NCBI GenBank assembly: GCA_964450735.1
Contig: CAYVDC010000001.1
Coordinates: forward strand, 5,577-69,576
Direction of reading: 5' to 3'
Length of the DNA: 64,000 nucleotides
Source: an uncultured Candidatus Saccharibacteria bacterium
GTDB lineage: Bacteria > Patescibacteriota > Minisyncoccia > Phycocordibacterales > UBA9973
Shown: positions 1 through 8,748 of the stretch, one piece after another
Layout of the letters: each line of letters starts with the position of its first letter
Position numbering within the stretch: position 1 is the first letter of the stretch
Notes under the pieces: generated by a model
The model's input: only the letters and a program-made list of their open reading frames with translations
What the model was told of the DNA's origin: nothing
Database searches by the model: none
Position numbers and translations under genes: made by a program

Positions 1-633
1 ACGAATAGGGTCAATTAATAAACCAATACCAGCACCTTCTTTAGAAGCACTTGCAATGTTATTAATAGTTTCTTGTATCCCTTCTTTGGAGTCCATCAAC
101 AAATGTGTCAAATTACAAGAGATATAAGATGCTCTATCCGTTCCTACATTTGTTAAAATTGGTGTTGCTACACTAATTCTTTTAGCTTTTAATTCTTCTG
201 AAAATTCCTTCCTTTCTTCTTCATCTTTTCCTAAGAAATTAGCCACTCTATCATACATCATAGAGGGAAGTTCTATTGGATTACCCGCATCGTCTCTCTT
301 GCTATAACTTCTCAAAAATGTGACAGCACCAAAAAAGTCATATTTTAAATCAACTTCTTCCGGAACTACTCCAATTCCTTTTCCTTGTCTTGTTAATAAA
401 ATTCTTGCCCCAAGAACACTATAATCAGGATGTTCTGTCATTAAATCTGCGCATTTAAAAGCAATTATTTCATCAATATTAGTGGTGTCCATTCCATCTG
501 AAATGGAAGGTATCACTTTTTGAAAAACATAATCAGGATTGGTTTTTAAATCTTTTGATTGTGCTTTTATTCTATTTAAGATTTTATTAGGCATGAATGG
601 TTGCAATGAACCATCGTTTTTTAATATTTTCAT
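1..633 (-). CDS. nrdA: Ribonucleotide reductase class I large subunit (NrdA), N-terminal 211 aa; gene continues beyond window start
   Basis: ATG at 633-631 (complement). Translation MKILKNDGSLQPFMPNKIL... is ATP-cone-like. It also contains the ...CNLTHLL... and ...EGAGIGLLIDPIR motifs typical of class I RNR alpha. It starts 10 nt after the nrdB stop. The frame is open to position 1. Confidence 0.8.
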   Translation of the reverse strand, partial: MKILKNDGSLQPFMPNKILNRIKAQSKDLKTNPDYVFQKVIPSISDGMDTTNIDEIIAFKCADLMTEHPDYSVLGARILLTRQGKGIGVVPEEVDLKYDFFGAVTFLRSYSKRDDAGNPIELPSMMYDRVANFLGKDEEERKEFSEELKAKRISVATPILTNVGTDRASYISCNLTHLLMDSKEGIQETINNIASASKEGAGIGLLIDPIR

Positions 634-643
634 TTATTTTTTA

Positions 644-1594
644 TTAAAAATCTTCTAAAAAAATGTTTTCATTTTCACTTGGAATTTCTATCCTTGTGTA
701 TTCCCCCACTCTATTTTCAAAGAAATTATTCTTTCTTTTTAATGCAATTCTATTCATGTAGTCTAATGGATTAGAAACATTGAATTTAGGAGGAACATTG
801 TAATTAATAAGAATACTATCTGTGATATATTGAACAAACTGTATCATATCTTCTTTAGTAAGTCCTTCCAAGCCATCAGGCATACTTTCTTCTACAAAAG
901 TTTTCTCCACTTCGTAACATCCCAACACTATCTCTTCTAATTCTTCATTTGAAAGTTTATATTCCTCTTGTAAATAATTATTATAAAGATGGAGTCCGAA
1001 TTCATAATGAAGATTTTCATCTCCCATAATTAATTCATTGGCTGTACAAAGTCCTAACATTTTATTTCTACTTCTAAAATAGAATATTCCTGCAAATGTT
1101 GAGGAAAAACTAAGACCTTCCACCAATGAAAATGCTACCAATCTATGTGCAAATGATTGGTGTCCTATCCATTTTAAAGCCCATTCTGCTTTCTTTTTCA
1201 CTGTTTCTATCTCAGAGATAGCATTAAACATCTTTAATTGTTCTCCCCTATCTTTTATATAGGTGTCAATTAAAATTGAATATTGATTACTATGTACTTG
1301 TTCAATAAATGTTTGATGACCATAGAAATATTGTGCTTCCAATATATCCACTTCATTTAGAAAATTAACAGCTAAATTTTCTAACACCAACCCATCACTT
1401 ATAGTGAAAAATGCCAACAAATTCTTCAAATATTCCTGCTCTAAAACAGGAAGTTCGTTGAATCTATCGGCACTTAAATCATTTTCTTCCACCACCCATG
1501 TTTGGGCTTCTGCTTTTTTATAAAAACTCCATAAATCCCCATGTGTAATTGGGAAAATACTCCATCTTTTTTCAATATCATTACTTTTGAGCAT
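644..1594 (-). CDS. nrdB: Ribonucleotide reductase class I small subunit (R2)
   Basis: 316-aa ORF. The WSIFPITHGDLWSFYKKAEAQTWVVEE N-terminus and iron-ligand/tyrosyl-radical-region motifs (EGL.FS.FA.IFYFRSR, GDENLHYEF) are typical of NrdB/NrdF. Confidence 0.85.
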   Translation of the reverse strand: MLKSNDIEKRWSIFPITHGDLWSFYKKAEAQTWVVEENDLSADRFNELPVLEQEYLKNLLAFFTISDGLVLENLAVNFLNEVDILEAQYFYGHQTFIEQVHSNQYSILIDTYIKDRGEQLKMFNAISEIETVKKKAEWALKWIGHQSFAHRLVAFSLVEGLSFSSTFAGIFYFRSRNKMLGLCTANELIMGDENLHYEFGLHLYNNYLQEEYKLSNEELEEIVLGCYEVEKTFVEESMPDGLEGLTKEDMIQFVQYITDSILINYNVPPKFNVSNPLDYMNRIALKRKNNFFENRVGEYTRIEIPSENENIFLEDF

Positions 1595-1871
1595 ATTCTC
1601 CTGTATAAAGTCTTATAAATTCTTCATGTGTTTTAATAATTCTCCATTCTTCTTCTAAACAATAGCTATTTTTTATTTGGACAAATAGTGAAGTGTCTTT
1701 TCTATTTAATAAAAATTTGTCACCAAATTTACTTTCAAATCTATGAATGTATTTTTTATCATCAAAATTGACAGATTTTCCAAGAAAAATAACTATCCAA
1801 AATATTATTTCCTTGAACATAGCTAAAAAACAAAGGAAATTGGAACATTCATATATCCTGATTTTTTCCAA
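1581..1871 (-). CDS. hypothetical protein (96 aa)
   Basis: ORF on the dominant coding strand. No recognisable motif. Overlaps the nrdB start by 14 nt. Confidence 0.3.
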   Translation of the reverse strand: MEKIRIYECSNFLCFLAMFKEIIFWIVIFLGKSVNFDDKKYIHRFESKFGDKFLLNRKDTSLFVQIKNSYCLEEEWRIIKTHEEFIRLYTGEYAQK

Positions 1872-2077
1872 TTTTTTCCATAATAAGCCTCCATTGCTGC
1901 TTTATAATGAGCAATAGCCACTCTTAATTCGTTTTTTTCTTCCTTTGATTTTTTATACACTTCAAACGAAAGATGATTGGCACGAGGATTTTGAACTTCT
2001 CGTTGAATTGTTTGTTGATTATACCAACGTCTGTTAGCATCTTCTCTATCTGTAACAGTCACTAATTCTAACACCAT
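1823..2077 (-). CDS. hypothetical protein (84 aa)
   Basis: ORF on the dominant strand. Overlaps the previous ORF by 49 nt, so one of the two starts is probably internal. Confidence 0.3.
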   Translation of the reverse strand: MVLELVTVTDREDANRRWYNQQTIQREVQNPRANHLSFEVYKKSKEEKNELRVAIAHYKAAMEAYYGKNWKKSGYMNVPISFVF

Positions 2078-2103
2078 AGTTAATTTTGTTTATTTGTTTT
2101 TTT

Positions 2104-2160
2104 GTGGTAGCCGACGGAATCGAACCGCCAATGTTTCTAATGTAACTGATTTACAGTCAG
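2104..2160 (-). tRNA. tRNA 3'-half fragment (pseudo-tRNA). It has an anticodon arm with a GUA (Tyr-type) loop, a T-arm GGCGG-TTCGATT-CCGTC, and an acceptor 3' strand GGCTACC-A. No matching 5' acceptor strand or D-arm was found.
   Basis: The minus strand reads ...GCTGA CTGTAAA TCAGT ...GGCGGTTCGATTCCGTCGGCTACCA. This includes a canonical T-loop and a 7-nt anticodon loop with U33. The complementary 5' acceptor strand GGTAGCC is absent within 200 nt on either side. Confidence 0.4.
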
Positions 2161-2182
2161 CCTCCTTCACCGTTCAAAAAAT

Positions 2183-2596
2183 CTAAGAAAAATTATGTAT
2201 CTTAGTCTTTTCTTCTTGTTTCAACCAACCACTACTTTTTAGTACGTCGTTGCCGAGTCTGTCATCCATAGTTAGGTTGTCCACAAGCGTAAATTCGGAC
2301 AAACGTTGCCCTATGTTATCATTATATATTCTAATTCCCTCTCTTTCAATATTAATTGCTGCGTTTAAGTCACGGTCAATAACGTTTTCACATTCCTCAC
2401 AAATAAATTCTCTATCCTTTAATGTTAAATTGCCATTCTTCCATCCACATTGGCAACAAGTTTTTGACGATGGAAACCATCTGCCAACAAATATTAACTC
2501 TCTACCATACCACTTTGATTTATATTCCAATTGTCTCCTCATTTCATATAACCCAAGTTCCTGAATAGACTTAGCTAATTTATGGTTCTTCATCAT
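2183..2596 (-). pseudogene. tnpB: IS200/IS605-family TnpB (OrfB), C-terminal fragment carrying the zinc finger and RuvC-III region
   Basis: Contains ...WFPSSKTCCQCGWKNGNLTLKDREFICEECENVIDRDLNAAINI.... The CxxC...CxxC finger followed by the DRDxNAAxNI motif is the hallmark TnpB C-terminus. The N-terminal two thirds of the protein are missing from this ORF. Confidence 0.7.
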
Positions 2597-3444
2597 TCCA
2601 CTAACATATTTTTATCCCAATCATTTTTGAATTTGTTGTATTTGATATTTGTGATTGTTTCTAATTCATTTTTTAATATAATTTTAAGGTTATATCCAAT
2701 TTCAATAAACAATCCGCATTTTTTCTTGGATTTATCAGAAAACATTCCTTTTATTTCAACCCATTGATTATCTTTTATTAAATAGAAATCGGGGGTATAT
2801 CTTAATCCGTTTAATAATTTTATAGTCTTATATTCATATTCCCATTCAATTAAATTATTTGTTAAATATTGAGCATACATAACTTCAAAACCACTTCTCA
2901 TTTTAATAAAAACACCATTTTTGTAAACTCCCCATTTTCTAGTTGAACACATTTTAGTGCTGTTATTTAAACCTATTCGACTACCAGTGATACTAACCAT
3001 TTCTTTTTGATAACACCCACAACTTTTAACTTTACCAGATACTAAATCAGCGTAATAATTTCTTTTAATATTACCACAGTCACATTTTGTTATATAGTAA
3101 TAACCCCCATTCTTATCATTCTGTTCAATATTTACAATGGTCAATCTATTAAATTTCTCACCAATCTTTGAATTTGCTGTTTTTGTATGTTTTTTATTTA
3201 AATTTCCAATACCAACTGAACATCCACACCCAATAATTTTACCGCTAGTTAAAACACTACCTCTAATTATTTTCTCATTACCACAATCACATTTACATAA
3301 ATATTCTTTTCCGTGATTCCCTGTGTGATTTAATTTAACTACTGTCAATTTTCCAAATTTAATACCAGTCAAGTCTTTTCCTTTACTCCCGCCAATTTTA
3401 TTACTCATATTGTTATATATTTTATCTATATATAAATATAACAA
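2593..3444 (-). CDS. putative homing-type endonuclease with two N-terminal zinc-ribbon DNA-binding repeats and a C-terminal PD-(D/E)xK-like nuclease domain
   Basis: Two repeats of the form FGKLTVV...YLCKCDCGNEKII...SGKIIGCGC and FNRLTIV...ITKCDCGNIKR...SGKVKSCGC. C-terminal ...RYTPDFYL...QWVEIKG... resembles a PD-(D/E)xK motif. It sits exactly between the two TnpB fragments. Confidence 0.45.
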   Translation of the reverse strand: MLYLYIDKIYNNMSNKIGGSKGKDLTGIKFGKLTVVKLNHTGNHGKEYLCKCDCGNEKIIRGSVLTSGKIIGCGCSVGIGNLNKKHTKTANSKIGEKFNRLTIVNIEQNDKNGGYYYITKCDCGNIKRNYYADLVSGKVKSCGCYQKEMVSITGSRIGLNNSTKMCSTRKWGVYKNGVFIKMRSGFEVMYAQYLTNNLIEWEYEYKTIKLLNGLRYTPDFYLIKDNQWVEIKGMFSDKSKKKCGLFIEIGYNLKIILKNELETITNIKYNKFKNDWDKNMLVE

Positions 3445-3482
3445 TATTTAGTTTTTTCTAAAATAATAACTTGGTTTTTTAA

Positions 3483-3809
3483 TTATTTTTGTTCATTGTT
3501 TTTAGATTTAAACTTAGGAAACCCTTTATGCCGTTTAAAGAAGTTTTTATATGCTTGTTCTAAGTTAATAATAGATTGTTTCAAAACTTTAGTATTATGT
3601 TCTTTTAACCAAATGTATTCAGTTCTTAGATTACTATGAAAGAAATGACCTAAATCTGATAGCGATGTATTTTGTTTATTTGAATCATAACGTTGTTTTT
3701 TGTATGATAAACATTGATTAAAGACAAACCGATAAGACCCAAAAAGTGAGTTTATCTTATGTTTTTGCTTATCATTTAGATATAATCTTATCTTTATTGC
3801 TTTTAACAT
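3483..3809 (-). pseudogene. tnpB: IS200/IS605-family TnpB (OrfB), N-terminal fragment
   Basis: MLKAIKIRLYLNDKQKHKINSLFGSYRFVFNQCL...EYIWLKEHNTKVLKQSIINLEQAYKNFFKRHKGFPKFKSKNNEQK matches the conserved TnpB N-terminus (KxxKxRxYPxxxQ...FG..RFVxN...AxKNFF...GxPKFKSK). The ORF terminates after roughly 108 aa. Confidence 0.7.
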
Positions 3810-4057
3810 TATTTCTTAACTTATTTTTCTTTTTTTTCTACGTTCAACACTACGCTTATCATAGAGATAACCATAAATACTATCAATTATTAACACCAAA
3901 TCAGTTACCAAATCTTCTTGTTCACTTACATTATTTTTCTCAATATATATCATCTCAACCCCATATATATTAAACAAATTATATTGAAACTTTGTTAATC
4001 TATTTTTATCCTAATCTTACATCTTTCATATTTGTTTATTTATATTTTGAGCAATAA

Positions 4058-4131
4058 GTGGGACTCAAACTCATAGCCCCCGACTTGGAAGGACGGTGCG
4101 CTAACCAATTGCGCCATTATTGCTTATGTTC
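4058..4131 (-). tRNA. tRNA-Gly (anticodon UCC)-like, 74 nt, with a non-canonical T-arm
   Basis: Minus strand reads GCAATAA TG GCGC AATTGGTTA GCGC A CCGTC CTTCCAA GTCGG ... TTATTGC T. The 7-bp acceptor stem is perfect and the D-arm is textbook. The CUUCCAA anticodon loop is the same as T4 tRNA-Gly. The anticodon stem has one U-U mismatch. The 17 nt where the T-arm should be (ATGAG TTTGAGT CCCAC) do not pair canonically. Confidence 0.5.
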
Positions 4132-4361
4132 AAATTTTCTTTCTTCCAAATTTCTTTCATTTCTTCAAATGTTTTGTATTTATTTCGTTTTCTAAATGAA
4201 GAAGATTCAATAAAATCTGAATGATATTTCTCTAACAAATATAACACTTTTTTTTCAATTAATGAATAAACTTCATCTTTAAATTTAGTTGAAAATGTGG
4301 CATTTGGATAAGAGCCTATCATTTTCATCACATCTCTAACACCAAACTCATATCCGTCCAT
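4101..4361 (-). CDS. hypothetical protein (86 aa)
   Basis: ORF on the dominant strand. Its 3' end overlaps the tRNA-Gly-like gene by about 30 nt, so the true stop or gene status is uncertain. Confidence 0.35.
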   Translation of the reverse strand: MDGYEFGVRDVMKMIGSYPNATFSTKFKDEVYSLIEKKVLYLLEKYHSDFIESSSFRKRNKYKTFEEMKEIWKKENLNISNNGAIG

Positions 4362-4362
4362 A

Positions 4363-4569
4363 TTATTTTTTTAATTTTTCCACTTTAAAAAGAAGAGCGT
4401 TTAAACAAGCAACGTCCATTTCTATAAATTGCCCATATTCTTCACAATAACTTTCCATATCTTTGTCTAATTGATATAATTCCTTTTCGATTAATTCGAT
4501 AACATCTAAAATAGCTTCATTATATATTTCAGATTCTCTTACAAAAGGAAACTCTAATTGAACACCCAT
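4363..4569 (-). CDS. hypothetical protein (68 aa)
   Basis: Small ORF tightly packed with its neighbours on the minus strand. Confidence 0.3.
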   Translation of the reverse strand: MGVQLEFPFVRESEIYNEAILDVIELIEKELYQLDKDMESYCEEYGQFIEMDVACLNALLFKVEKLKK

Positions 4570-4573
4570 GTTG

Positions 4574-4807
4574 TTATAAATATTTTTTTAAAATGTTTAT
4601 CTTACGTCTTTTTAATGTGAATGAAGATTCATCATTTATCAAGTCATCTAATTCTTCTTCTGTACATTTCTCACAGAGCAGGTCTAATTCTTCATCGTTT
4701 ATTCGATAGGTTAATTTCATAGAATTATCTATCAAATGAAGAAATCCTCCCTTACTAACAAGTTTTAGGAATTCCTCTCCAAAATTTCTTCTCTCTATTC
4801 TGCTCAT
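4574..4807 (-). CDS. hypothetical protein (77 aa)
   Basis: Small ORF. Its start overlaps the next gene's stop by 4 nt, suggesting translational coupling. Confidence 0.3.
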   Translation of the reverse strand: MSRIERRNFGEEFLKLVSKGGFLHLIDNSMKLTYRINDEELDLLCEKCTEEELDDLINDESSFTLKRRKINILKKYL

Positions 4808-5196
4808 TGTTTATTCTCCTTCTCAAACCAAAAGAAATATTTTTTATATTCATCGTGAAATAGTAAATAGACATAAACATCTTCCATCTCGTCATACCAA
4901 ACATTTATAGCGTCCGCATCTCTTTTCATTGTAATATCAAATGATTTCATCAGGAGATTTCTTCCAAAATCATCTACACAGATTATCATTGAAAATTTAC
5001 AAACATTACAGCTATCTAAAAAATAAAAATGGGTGTAATGCTCATTTGATTTGTAAATCACTCTATGTGTTCCGTTTAAAACGGTGTCAATAGAATATTC
5101 AACATCATTTAATATTTTCTCTCTTTTTTGACCAATTCTTGATTGAGAATAACAAATCCCACATATAAAACATAATAAAAACATCAAAACTTTCAT
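4804..5196 (-). CDS. secreted or lipoprotein-like small protein (130 aa)
   Basis: N-terminal MKVLMFLLCFICGICYSQ looks like a signal peptide. Cys-rich. Confidence 0.4.
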   Translation of the reverse strand: MKVLMFLLCFICGICYSQSRIGQKREKILNDVEYSIDTVLNGTHRVIYKSNEHYTHFYFLDSCNVCKFSMIICVDDFGRNLLMKSFDITMKRDADAINVWYDEMEDVYVYLLFHDEYKKYFFWFEKENKQ

Positions 5197-5220
5197 AAAT
5201 GAACAGCCATTTGGCTGTGT

Positions 5221-5610
5221 TTAATTTGTTAAATAATAAACGACAGGAAGTTCCCCTTCTAAATACACCCTACAAATAACATCATTATCAATTATCCATA
5301 AATTTTCAGAAGGATAAGGCTTTTTATAAGAAGATTTCAATTTATTGAAAAATACCTTGAAAGATTCTTTGTCTTTAAAAATGAAAGAAACACAATCGCA
5401 TCTATCAGAAGTGTTTATGAAATAAATCGTGATGACATCTTCTGTTTCTGTTCTACAAAAAAAGACACTATCTTCATTTTTTGAAAATTTCATAGTAGAA
5501 TTTTCTTTTACAATATCTTTTCTATATTTTCCTAAATATTTAGGCTGTCCCCATCCAATTATTGAACATAATAGAAAAGAAATGAGGAATAGGTATTTTT
5601 TCATATCCAA
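5221..5610 (-). CDS. secreted small protein (129 aa)
   Basis: N-terminal MDMKKYLFLISFLLCSIIGWGQ looks like a signal peptide. Confidence 0.4.
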   Translation of the reverse strand: MDMKKYLFLISFLLCSIIGWGQPKYLGKYRKDIVKENSTMKFSKNEDSVFFCRTETEDVITIYFINTSDRCDCVSFIFKDKESFKVFFNKLKSSYKKPYPSENLWIIDNDVICRVYLEGELPVVYYLTN

Positions 5611-5831
5611 TTTTTTTCATTTAAAAATAACATAGACTCTTCAATTATCATTTTTCCAACTAAAATGCTGTATTTTTTATATTTTGATATTCCAAATGAT
5701 TCTGAATATCTATCAGATATTTCCTTATGGGAAAACATTTTATTTAAAACATCATTCTTGACCGAAGAGGCTAAGGGCTTCTTCAATTTCTCTCGTATCT
5801 TTTTTTGCATATCTTGTGAAAGAGAGTTCAT
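5601..5831 (-). CDS. hypothetical protein, probably starting at an internal Met
   Basis: Overlaps the upstream gene by 80 nt if the first Met is used. An internal Met would remove the overlap. Confidence 0.25.
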   Translation of the reverse strand: MNSLSQDMQKKIREKLKKPLASSVKNDVLNKMFSHKEISDRYSESFGISKYKKYSILVGKMIIEESMLFLNEKNWI

Positions 5832-6405
5832 TGAAATAAGATGGTTTTAATTTTTTTACTTCTGAAATAGCATCCATTAATAAATATGGTTTAAATTCAG
5901 GATGTCCATCAATTCCAACGTCCATAGACCTACCATTTATAAATCTATCTTCTCCCACAGACCTTAAACTTCCATGAAAATGGAGTCCATTCCTCCCACC
6001 TCTTCCTTTCCAATGTAACATAGGACAATGTGTACATGAAATTAAATATCCTCTGTAAGAAAAACTTAATTCATATTCTACATAGGTGAACATCACTTCT
6101 CTCACTATTCTTGGTTGGTCAAATTCTCCCATCACCAAATAAACATCTTTACAATTCAGTCTATCAAAGAATTCATGTGCATAAAACGCTCCTCCAAATG
6201 AAAAGTTACCTATGGATATAAGCGTATCTTCTTTTTTTACAACAGAATTAATTGAATTTACTAAAGCGGTGTCATGTTCATCTAAAGAATTATATTTTCT
6301 AAGGAAGGAACTTGGATGCCACTCACTTGTTGCTTCTACAATATTTCTTCTATGATAACACCAATCACCGCTTATGTAAATGTTTTTATGAGAAAGGTTA
6401 ATCAT
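5752..6405 (-). CDS. calcineurin-like metallophosphoesterase (small YfcE/Vps29-type)
   Basis: Motifs IYISGDWCYH (D-x-H/GD), GNFSFG, MGEFD, CTHCP and HFHGSL (GHxH) appear in the order expected for the metallophosphoesterase fold. Confidence 0.45.
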   Translation of the reverse strand: MINLSHKNIYISGDWCYHRRNIVEATSEWHPSSFLRKYNSLDEHDTALVNSINSVVKKEDTLISIGNFSFGGAFYAHEFFDRLNCKDVYLVMGEFDQPRIVREVMFTYVEYELSFSYRGYLISCTHCPMLHWKGRGGRNGLHFHGSLRSVGEDRFINGRSMDVGIDGHPEFKPYLLMDAISEVKKLKPSYFNELSFTRYAKKDTREIEEALSLFGQE

Positions 6406-6874
6406 TTACAAATTTAAGAACTTTTTGTAAATATTTCTTATCTTCTGCATATTTTTTTTGAATATATGCTAAATACTCTTTTTCAGTGAACTTTTCAATG
6501 TTCTTGTATTGCTGATAATAAGAATAATCTAAAACACTATCTTTCCAATGTCTGTATTTAGCATATCCTGTTTTTGTAAAATTTAAAGCAGTGGTGGGTC
6601 TTTTTCTTGGAACTTTCATTCCAAATAAATTATTATTTTCCCTGAACACCTTGCTTTTAAAACCATTTGTTTCGTGAAATGCTTGTGCATATACGATTTT
6701 TTGATTTGTTATTCCCAATTCTTTAATAAACTTTTTCAAATTTTCTTTAGAAAAAGATTCATCATTTATCACTTTAAGAGTGGTTTCAATTCTCTTGAAA
6801 ATGAAAGATGAATCTTTTTGAGCTAAGGAAGGTGTTGAAAAAAGTAATAGAATTGCTATTATTTTTCCATTCAT
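6398..6874 (-). CDS. secreted GH73-family N-acetylglucosaminidase (FlgJ/LytD-like peptidoglycan hydrolase)
   Basis: Signal peptide MNGKIIAILLLFSTPSLAQ. AQAFHETNGFKS...FRENNNLFGMKV matches the GH73 glucosaminidase core (A.A.LESGWG.S...NNLFGIK). Confidence 0.55.
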   Translation of the reverse strand: MNGKIIAILLLFSTPSLAQKDSSFIFKRIETTLKVINDESFSKENLKKFIKELGITNQKIVYAQAFHETNGFKSKVFRENNNLFGMKVPRKRPTTALNFTKTGYAKYRHWKDSVLDYSYYQQYKNIEKFTEKEYLAYIQKKYAEDKKYLQKVLKFVND

Positions 6875-6880
6875 AATTTG

Positions 6881-7156
6881 TTATTTATGAGCTTTTCGTG
6901 TTTCATATACTTCCCAAATAGCAGAACGCTCTTCTTTGTTGAATGGGGAAGACTCTAAAGCTCGTTTTAACGCCAATTTTCTACCAACTTCTTTCTCAAA
7001 ATTATCTCGTTTAGAACAGCGAGAAATTCCTGTTATCACCACATCTGTATCCATATTCTTAATAAAGGCAATGGTTTCCTGTTGTGATTTGTCAGCAGGG
7101 CGATTGTATCCGAATCCAATTCGGTAGGTTTGATTGTTTAAATTTACAGACTTCAT
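6881..7156 (-). CDS. hypothetical protein (91 aa)
   Basis: ORF on the dominant strand. No assignable motif. Confidence 0.35.
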   Translation of the reverse strand: MKSVNLNNQTYRIGFGYNRPADKSQQETIAFIKNMDTDVVITGISRCSKRDNFEKEVGRKLALKRALESSPFNKEERSAIWEVYETRKAHK

Positions 7157-7380
7157 TGTTATGTTTGGTTTAAATTGTTTTACAATCCAAAGAGCAGTGC
7201 TGTTATTTCAATGATAAGAGCATACCCTATTATTTTCTCAAAAATGTAATTCTTGTCATTTAAGAATAACACCAATTTTCTATATTAGTTTCCATTTTAG
7301 TTCTCATTTTTACATAACTATCTATTAAAACTTGTAAAAATTATATTTTATTGATATTTTACAAATTAAAATTAGAATAA

Positions 7381-8556
7381 TTATATTTTCACAAACTTTT
7401 TATAAGCATCATCGTAATTTTTTCTTCGCTTAGGTCTGTCTCCCCAAAGGTCAGAAAAACTTTCATCATCTTGATAAACTAAACATTCTTTTGATATATA
7501 AAACATTCTATCCATTGGAAAATTTACATAGAAATAATCTATTGTTGTAAAATCTTTCGGATTGTAGCTTAATAATTTATCAAAAAATACATTGTTTACC
7601 AAATAAGCATGTGCGCCATAAACTCCTCCTGTACATTCGTAAATGTTTTCTGTCACTTTTATACAATCGTTGTTTGGCTCTCCTCCTAAATACAATATGT
7701 CCCAATTTTGATTAGGAAGTTCCGATAATAGATTTTTAAACTTCTTTTCAAATCCTTCCATGAAAATACAATCATCTTCAAATATCAGAATATTGCTTAA
7801 ATTTTGCTTCTGAGCCTCTGAAATTATATTGTAATGTGAATATGCTCCTGCCACTTTAAAGTGCTGTCTTGGGTCTTTATTTTTCGTTATACCAAGCGTT
7901 TTAATGTCTTCTTCTGATAATACAGTGGCACTTATTCTTTCTATTGGAAATTGAAAATTGGATGTTTGTTTTTCAAAAGAAATTCTTCTATCGGTTCTTG
8001 TATCAACATTAATGTAAACAGCTTTTTCAATGTTAAATTTAATGTTTTTATTATGAACCCACACAGAATGTCCTTCTTTATAAAAATCATCTTCAAATCT
8101 TTCGTTTACAGCCCTCACTACTCCTTCCCAACAGGGGTCGTAATCATGTCCAGCCATCATCCCCCCATTTTTAAGTTTGGGATACCACAGTTCTATGTCT
8201 TTTTTTACATATTCGTAGGTGTGGTTGGCATCAATATAAATGAAATCAAAATAGTTATTTTCAAATAATGATGCTCCACTATGAGAATCTATTTTGAAAT
8301 AAGTAAATAAATGAGAAATTTGAGAAGTGTTTCGTATGAATTGAACAAAATCTTCTTCATTCTCCCATAAATCTATGGAATATATGTTTAATTTTTTATT
8401 TTGCTTTAAACTCTCAATAACCAAAAAGCTAATAGACTTCCCTCTATAAGTTCCTATTTCAATAACATTAGCCCCATCAGGAAGATTGGAAACAGTTTGT
8501 TTATAAAATTCTTCATAATCAAACCATCCTTCAAGTTTTTGGTAAAAATGATTCAT
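7381..8556 (-). CDS. bifunctional class I SAM-methyltransferase-like N-domain plus glycosyltransferase family 25 (LPS/LOS-type) C-domain
   Basis: N-terminal VIEIGTYRGKSISFL is Gly-rich SAM motif I-like. C-terminal KAVYINVDTRTDRRISFEKQ...GAYSHYNIISEAQ...ILIFEDDCIF... matches GT25 (YVINL.RR.DRR...GC..SH..I...ILEDD). Confidence 0.5.
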   Translation of the reverse strand: MNHFYQKLEGWFDYEEFYKQTVSNLPDGANVIEIGTYRGKSISFLVIESLKQNKKLNIYSIDLWENEEDFVQFIRNTSQISHLFTYFKIDSHSGASLFENNYFDFIYIDANHTYEYVKKDIELWYPKLKNGGMMAGHDYDPCWEGVVRAVNERFEDDFYKEGHSVWVHNKNIKFNIEKAVYINVDTRTDRRISFEKQTSNFQFPIERISATVLSEEDIKTLGITKNKDPRQHFKVAGAYSHYNIISEAQKQNLSNILIFEDDCIFMEGFEKKFKNLLSELPNQNWDILYLGGEPNNDCIKVTENIYECTGGVYGAHAYLVNNVFFDKLLSYNPKDFTTIDYFYVNFPMDRMFYISKECLVYQDDESFSDLWGDRPKRRKNYDDAYKKFVKI

Positions 8557-8748
8557 TTAGTCTAATAGCATTTCTTTTTTAGTTGACGTTTTTTCTTCCC
8601 AAAGTTTATTAGCCAATGATAGAACAGTTGATTTATCTCTATCAGAAAGCGTGTCATATCGACTGAATCCTTTGTAAAAGTTGTCAGGGGTTGATTTGAG
8701 AAACTTAACAGCTTCTTCAAATTCATTGTAATTAAATCTAATTATCAT
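8557..8748 (-). CDS. hypothetical protein (63 aa)
   Basis: Small ORF. Overlaps its neighbour by 4 nt. Confidence 0.3.
   Translation of the reverse strand: MIIRFNYNEFEEAVKFLKSTPDNFYKGFSRYDTLSDRDKSTVLSLANKLWEEKTSTKKEMLLD

Larger units (their letters stand above)
2183..3809 (-). mobile_element. Degenerate IS605-like (tnpB-only) element disrupted by an endonuclease gene, lying between a tRNA fragment and a tRNA-Gly
   Basis: The N- and C-terminal TnpB fragments are co-oriented. They are separated by an 852-bp ORF that replaces the RuvC-I/II core. No tnpA is present. Element ends are not defined. Confidence 0.5.

Noticed and set aside
2104-2185. An intact tRNA-Tyr
   Set aside because: Only the anticodon arm, T-arm and 3' acceptor strand are present. 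The required 5' acceptor strand GGTAGCC and a D-arm cannot be found within 200 nt on either side, so I call it a fragment.
2250-2767. Plus-strand ORFs 2250-2564 and 2582-2767
   Set aside because: They are shadow ORFs antisense to the TnpB C-terminal fragment and the endonuclease gene. Their translations are low complexity (SLSILIAAFKS...). The minus-strand ORFs carry clear protein motifs.
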